A DNA stretch of 64,000 nucleotides from an uncultured Gemmatimonadales bacterium (GTDB lineage Bacteria > Gemmatimonadota > Gemmatimonadetes > Longimicrobiales > RSA9). Below are positions 59,609 through 64,000 of this stretch, in pieces. Each line of letters starts with the position of its first letter. Positions within the stretch are counted from its first letter, which is position 1. A program made the translations under genes and the position numbers. The notes under the pieces are model-generated. The model saw only the letters and a list, made by a program, of their open reading frames with translations. It had not been told where the DNA came from and ran no database searches. The stretch spans positions 96,001-160,000 of the forward strand of contig CAWAMW010000015.1 of NCBI GenBank assembly GCA_963783305.1, in the 5' to 3' direction.

Positions 59609-60761
59609 CGTGACCTCCCCCATGGTGCGACACACCCCTGCGCTTATCGATGCTCATGCGGATCCACCACAGGATCGTGTGGAGCCCGAACACCGTCAGC
59701 GTTCCGATCAGCATCGAGTTCATGAACCAGAACGCGTAGAACAGCACCGGATTCCGCTCCCGGTTCATGGGGTCCGGGTGAGAGTCGTACTTCACGAACC
59801 CCGGCCGCGCGTGGTCGTGGCAGGCGCTGCACGTCTCCACCAGGTTCCCCTCGGCCACCCGGGACGTGGGGTCGTCCGCCGGCAGCATGCCGTGAGCGCC
59901 GTGGCAGTCCGCACAGGTGGCCGAGACGTCCGATCCCAGCTCGGCCGCCTTGCCGTGGTAAGATCCGCGATAGGTCTGCGCGGCCTCCTGGTGGCACTCC
60001 GCGCACCGGTTCAGCGACGCCTCGAACGCGCCCACGTCTCCCGACCCCGCTACCGGGTGCGCGCCGTGGCATGCGGTACAGCTCGGGGGCTCCTGGCCGC
60101 TTTGGAGGTGGTCCCCCGCCCGTAGCGCCCGCGCATGAATGCCGCTCTCCCAGATCGTGGCTACCGAGTCATGGCACGCCCCACAGACCTGCGGTTGATT
60201 CAGCGGCGCCATCCAGCTCTCCGGGTCGGAGGGGGAGCGCACCCCGTGGGGATCATGGCAGGCGTAGCACCCCGCGTGGCCCTGGTGGTGGGCATCCACC
60301 GGCAGTCGCTGCGTCTCGTGGCACGCCGCGCACGTCTCGCTCATGAACCGCAGCGCCGAGCCGCCACGGAGCGAGTCCGCGGGCGCCACATCATGGATGC
60401 CGTGGCAGTCCGCGCACATCACCACCTCGCTGTCCGCACCTCCCGAATGGAGCCCCTGCTCCCATTCGGCGGCCACCTCTTCGTGGCAGCCGGCGCACGT
60501 TGCCGTGCTCGTGACGCCCGGGTGTGGATATCGGGTGTAGCCGGAATGGCATTGCGCACAGTCCATCCCGGCGTGCGCCGTCCCCTCGAGGATCCGCGAC
60601 CCGACGGTCAGCGAGCGGGCCTCATCCAGCGTCTCGACGTACTGCCGCAGCAGCTCGGGCTCGCCGTGGCAGCGTTGGCAGTCGATCTGCCTCTGTCCCG
60701 CCACCGGCGCGACCCACAGGACTACCCCCGCAACGGCCGCGAATAGCGCCCCTCGTATCAT
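59601..60761 (-). CDS. Periplasmic 11-heme cytochrome c with C-terminal membrane helix (CbcL c-domain-like)
   Basis: Signal peptide, 11 CxxCH, HPDP...NPVLFYAFWFM...GLHTILWWIR. Confidence 0.9.
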   Translation of the reverse strand: MIRGALFAAVAGVVLWVAPVAGQRQIDCQRCHGEPELLRQYVETLDEARSLTVGSRILEGTAHAGMDCAQCHSGYTRYPHPGVTSTATCAGCHEEVAAEWEQGLHSGGADSEVVMCADCHGIHDVAPADSLRGGSALRFMSETCAACHETQRLPVDAHHQGHAGCYACHDPHGVRSPSDPESWMAPLNQPQVCGACHDSVATIWESGIHARALRAGDHLQSGQEPPSCTACHGAHPVAGSGDVGAFEASLNRCAECHQEAAQTYRGSYHGKAAELGSDVSATCADCHGAHGMLPADDPTSRVAEGNLVETCSACHDHARPGFVKYDSHPDPMNRERNPVLFYAFWFMNSMLIGTLTVFGLHTILWWIRMSIDKRRGVSHHGGGHGE

Positions 60762-62110
60762 TCGTCCATCCCGTATTTATTGAGACGGTTGCGTACCTGG
60801 TGACGACTCATCCCCAGGAGCCTCCCCGCTTCCGTGCGATTCCCCTCGGCGCGCCGCAACGCCGCCCGGAGCAGCGACTGCTCGAGCTCCTCGAAGTCCA
60901 CGCCCTCCGGCCCCAGCTCCAGGACCGGGTCCTCAGCCACCGCCCGGCCCCGCACGTGCGCCGGCAGCATCTCCGGCTTCAGAACGGGCCCGTCCGCCAG
61001 CAGTATCGTCCGCTCGATGAGGTTCCGTAGCTCCCGCACGTTCCCGGGCCACCGGTACGCCACCAGCATGTCCATCGCCTCCGGCTGCACCTCGGTGATC
61101 CGTTTGCCGAACTGCGTGCAGTACTCGCCCACGAACGTCTTCACCAGAGCCGGGATGTCGGACGGGCGCTCGCGCAGGGGTGGCAGCCGGATCGGGAACA
61201 CGCGTAGCCGGTAGTACAGGTCCTCCCTGAACCGGTCCGCCTCCACCTCCTCTTCCAGGTCCCGGTTCGTCGCCGCCACCAGCCGCGCGTCCACCTTCAG
61301 GTCCTTCGTCCCGCCCACACGGCGGAACGTCTTCTCTTCGATGAACCGCAGCAGCTTCCCCTGCAGCCCCAGCGAGAGCTCCCCGATCTCATCCAGGAAG
61401 AGCGTCCCCCCGTCCGCCAGCTCCACCAGGCCCCGCTTCATCGTCCGGGCATCGGTGAACGCGCCCTTCTCATGACCGAACAGCTCCGACTCCATGATGG
61501 TCTCGGCCAGCGCGGAGCACGTCACGTTTACGAACGGCGCGTCCGCGCGCTGACTGGCGCGATGGATCGCCTTCGCCAGCATCCCCTTCCCCGTCCCCGT
61601 TTCCCCCTCCAGCAGCACGGTCGTGCTCCCCGCAGGCGCCACCCGCTTTACCAGCTCGAACACCTCGCGCATGGCCGGGCTCGCGCCCACCACGTCATCA
61701 CCGAGGCCCGCCTGCTCCCGGAGGACCCGCACCTCCCGCTGGAGTCGCGTCCGCTCCAGCGCGCCCCGCAGGGTCGCCCCCAGGCGGTCGAACGAGAACG
61801 GCTTCTCCAGGAAGTCCACCGCCCCCGCCCGCAGCGCGTCCACCGCCGACTGCACCGTCCCGTGTGCGCTCATCATCACGCACACCGTGTCGCCCTCCTG
61901 GCTCAACGCCCTCAGGATCTCCGTCCCCTCCCCGTCCGGCAGCTTGATGTCCAGCAGCGCAAGGTCCGGGAGATGCTCTTCGATCTCCGCCCGGCCCGCC
62001 GCCACGGTGCTCGCCGTCGTCACGGCGTAGCCTTCCCGCTCCAACCGCTCCGCCGTCACCTGTCGGAGCAGATCGTCGTCCTCCACGATCAGGATTCGCT
62101 CGTTCGCCAC
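60758..62110 (-). CDS. Sigma-54-dependent response regulator (NtrC/AtoC family)
   Basis: REC, GETGTGK, ESELFGHEKGAFTDA, FLDEIGE, DLYYRL, WPGNVREL, Fis-type HTH. Confidence 0.95.
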   Translation of the reverse strand: MANERILIVEDDDLLRQVTAERLEREGYAVTTASTVAAGRAEIEEHLPDLALLDIKLPDGEGTEILRALSQEGDTVCVMMSAHGTVQSAVDALRAGAVDFLEKPFSFDRLGATLRGALERTRLQREVRVLREQAGLGDDVVGASPAMREVFELVKRVAPAGSTTVLLEGETGTGKGMLAKAIHRASQRADAPFVNVTCSALAETIMESELFGHEKGAFTDARTMKRGLVELADGGTLFLDEIGELSLGLQGKLLRFIEEKTFRRVGGTKDLKVDARLVAATNRDLEEEVEADRFREDLYYRLRVFPIRLPPLRERPSDIPALVKTFVGEYCTQFGKRITEVQPEAMDMLVAYRWPGNVRELRNLIERTILLADGPVLKPEMLPAHVRGRAVAEDPVLELGPEGVDFEELEQSLLRAALRRAEGNRTEAGRLLGMSRHQVRNRLNKYGMDE

Positions 62111-63543
62111 GCGCCCTCCCGTCTCTGCCGGGGTGCCCCTCTCTCCGTCGGGAGCTTCATCATCACCGTCGTGCCCCGACCCGCTTCGCTCTGGATATCC
62201 AGCGAGCCGCCGTGCGCCGCCACGATCCGCGCCACCAGCGGGAGCCCGAGCCCGGTCCCGGACGGCTTCGTGGAGTAGAAGGGAAGCACGATCTTGTCGA
62301 TCTCATCCGCCGGGATGCCGGGGCCGGTGTCCGAGAGGCGGACCACCACATGGTCGCCCTCCCCCGCCAGCGACACCTTCAGCCTGCCGCCCTCCTCCAT
62401 CGCTTCCATGGCGTTCAGCATGACATTGAGCATCGCCTGCTCCAGACGGTGGGCATCGCCGCTCACCGCGGGGAGCTCCGCCGGAAGGTCCCGCTCGACG
62501 GTCCGGCCGCTCGTGTCCGTCAGCGACGAGAGCTGCAGCAGCGCGCCATCCACGGTGTCCCTCAGGTCCACTCGCTCGCTCCTCAGCTCCACCGGCTTCG
62601 CCAGCGCGAAGAGGTCCTGCATCGTTTCCGTCAGCTTCCCCAGCTGTCCATCCACCGCCCCGAGCAGCGACTGCGCCTGTGCGTTCAGCTCGTACTCCTG
62701 CTCGAGGAGCGAGACCGCCGATCGGATCGACGCCAGCGGTCGCTTGAACTCGTGCGCCATCTCCGCCGCCATCTCCCCGACCTGCGCGAACCCCGCCTGG
62801 TCCGCCAGCTTCCGCTCCTGCTCCGCCGCCCTCACCTCCGCCTCCTGCCCGCGCCGGATCAGGTGCGTCATGGAGGTTTCGATCCTCCCCAGCTCGTCCT
62901 CACCCCCCTTTGACTCCGGAGGGCCCAGAATATCCGCCATCCGCGCAATCGGACCCACCACCTCCCGCTCGAGCATGGTCGCCACGATCAGCACCGTCGC
63001 GGCGAGGGATCCGACAAGCAGCAGCATGCCCAGCCGCGCCGCGCGGTCCATCGCCTCCTCCAGCTCGTGAAGCGAGAAGTCCACCTCCACAACCGCCGTG
63101 CCCCCCGCACGCAGCGGCAGGAACGCGTTCACCTCCCCACCCCCGGGCGCCGGTCGAGCCACACCCCGCGCCGGGAGGTCACGCGGAGAAGGGATCCACA
63201 CCCCCACCGGACGCTTCCCCTCCTCGGTTCGGTCTGTAGAGACCAGGATTCGGCCGTCCGTCCCGTAGACGCGGGCCGCGGTCACCGACGCCAGCTCCGA
63301 CAGCTCCCGCAGCGCACCACGGGCGTCCCCGGTACGCCCCGCGGTCAGCGAGGCCTCGAGCGACGATCTCACCGATGCGGCCGCCAGCAGCGCCTGCTGC
63401 TCCGATGCCGCTTCCGACTGCTGCCGCCAGTACCGGAACGTCAGAGACGAGGCCACCCCGAACACCACGACCGCGGTTCCGACCGCCGTGATGATCAGCT
63501 TGACACGCAACGGCTGCGACTTCAGCCGCTGGCCCCAGTCCAT
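62089..63543 (-). CDS. Membrane sensor histidine kinase (NtrB/ZraS-like)
   Basis: 2 TM helices, periplasmic domain, AHEFKRPL, NAMEA, DTGPG, PFYSTK, GTGLGL; GAGGAGG RBS. Confidence 0.93.
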   Translation of the reverse strand: MDWGQRLKSQPLRVKLIITAVGTAVVVFGVASSLTFRYWRQQSEAASEQQALLAAASVRSSLEASLTAGRTGDARGALRELSELASVTAARVYGTDGRILVSTDRTEEGKRPVGVWIPSPRDLPARGVARPAPGGGEVNAFLPLRAGGTAVVEVDFSLHELEEAMDRAARLGMLLLVGSLAATVLIVATMLEREVVGPIARMADILGPPESKGGEDELGRIETSMTHLIRRGQEAEVRAAEQERKLADQAGFAQVGEMAAEMAHEFKRPLASIRSAVSLLEQEYELNAQAQSLLGAVDGQLGKLTETMQDLFALAKPVELRSERVDLRDTVDGALLQLSSLTDTSGRTVERDLPAELPAVSGDAHRLEQAMLNVMLNAMEAMEEGGRLKVSLAGEGDHVVVRLSDTGPGIPADEIDKIVLPFYSTKPSGTGLGLPLVARIVAAHGGSLDIQSEAGRGTTVMMKLPTERGAPRQRREGAWRTSES

Positions 63544-63671
63544 GTCGCCTCCTCGCCGAGTCCCGCTCTGGTTGTTCCTCTGAGCCTGCGCAAAGAAAGG
63601 TGTTTCGGGGCCCCGGGAATAGAGGGTAATCCCCAAGGAACGGCGCGGGGGATTTCCCGACAGCTGCGCGA

Positions 63672-63716
63672 AATCGCACGGGCGGCGGGTCCGGAAGGAC
63701 CGCCGCCCGTGCGATT
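63672..63716 (-). terminator. Long hairpin, probable terminator
   Basis: 17-bp stem AATCGCACGGGCGGCGG/CCGCCGCCCGTGCGATT downstream of stop 63743. Confidence 0.6.
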
Positions 63717-63742
63717 GGATGCCCCTGCGGGCTTCTGTCGAC

Positions 63743-64000
63743 TCAGCTCCCGACGATCAGGAGGAGCGCGCCCAGCGCCGTGGCATGCGCCACCAGCGCG
63801 GTGCCGAACCCGCGGCGCCAGTAGAGGAGCCCGAACGCGACTGCCGGTACGAGGACCGTCACGGCCATGAAGCCGATGAGCATGCCCATGGTGGGGAACC
63901 CGATCGTCAGCACACCGGGCAGGTAGATCAGGACCTGCACCCCCGCCGCCACCGCCACGGCCAGCGCCGCCGCGCCCACTTCGCTCATCCTGAACTCCCG
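63743..64000 (-). CDS. CPBP/Abi-like intramembrane protein (5' end outside window)
   Basis: FGLLYWRRGFGTALVAH C-terminal motif. Confidence 0.55.
   Translation of the reverse strand, partial: REFRMSEVGAAALAVAVAAGVQVLIYLPGVLTIGFPTMGMLIGFMAVTVLVPAVAFGLLYWRRGFGTALVAHATALGALLLIVGS

Noticed and set aside
59560..59640. Cytochrome c/b split as a frameshift artefact
   Set aside because: A GGAGG RBS at proper spacing before the GTG and an overlapping stop indicate real translational coupling.

Overview
A GC-rich, gene-dense bacterial chromosomal segment with about 53 protein-coding genes and no rRNA, tRNA, CRISPR array, transposase or integrase that I can support. Gene content and style suggest Gemmatimonadota; this is an inference, not checked. 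Main blocks: M1 peptidase; DUF134/NifX pair; DUF305/LVIVD pair; an orphan MCP with a sigma-28 promoter; class II ribonucleotide reductase with NrdR boxes and a DnaA-box cluster; a peptidoglycan turnover/recycling cluster (frameshifted peptidase/TolB/Omp85-like protein, amidase, Na+/solute symporter, anmK, murQ, M20 hydrolase); fur-speB; GspG-like/coaE-PHP fusion/nrnA; fused 2-oxoacid dehydrogenase E1; TonB receptor/DUF4249/DHH; several two-component and c-di-GMP genes. It ends with a histidine kinase/sigma-54 activator/11-heme cytochrome c/cytochrome b/13-heme lipoprotein operon resembling a split Geobacter CbcL. The two most notable items are (1) a lone four-helix-bundle (23S-IVP/Avd-like) gene bracketed by mirror-image arrays of hairpin repeats, a candidate undescribed mobile or RNA-processing cassette, and (2) the multiheme quinol-oxidoreductase module. 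Several apparent frameshifts hint at assembly indels. Most other ORFs in the six-frame track are high-GC shadow ORFs.
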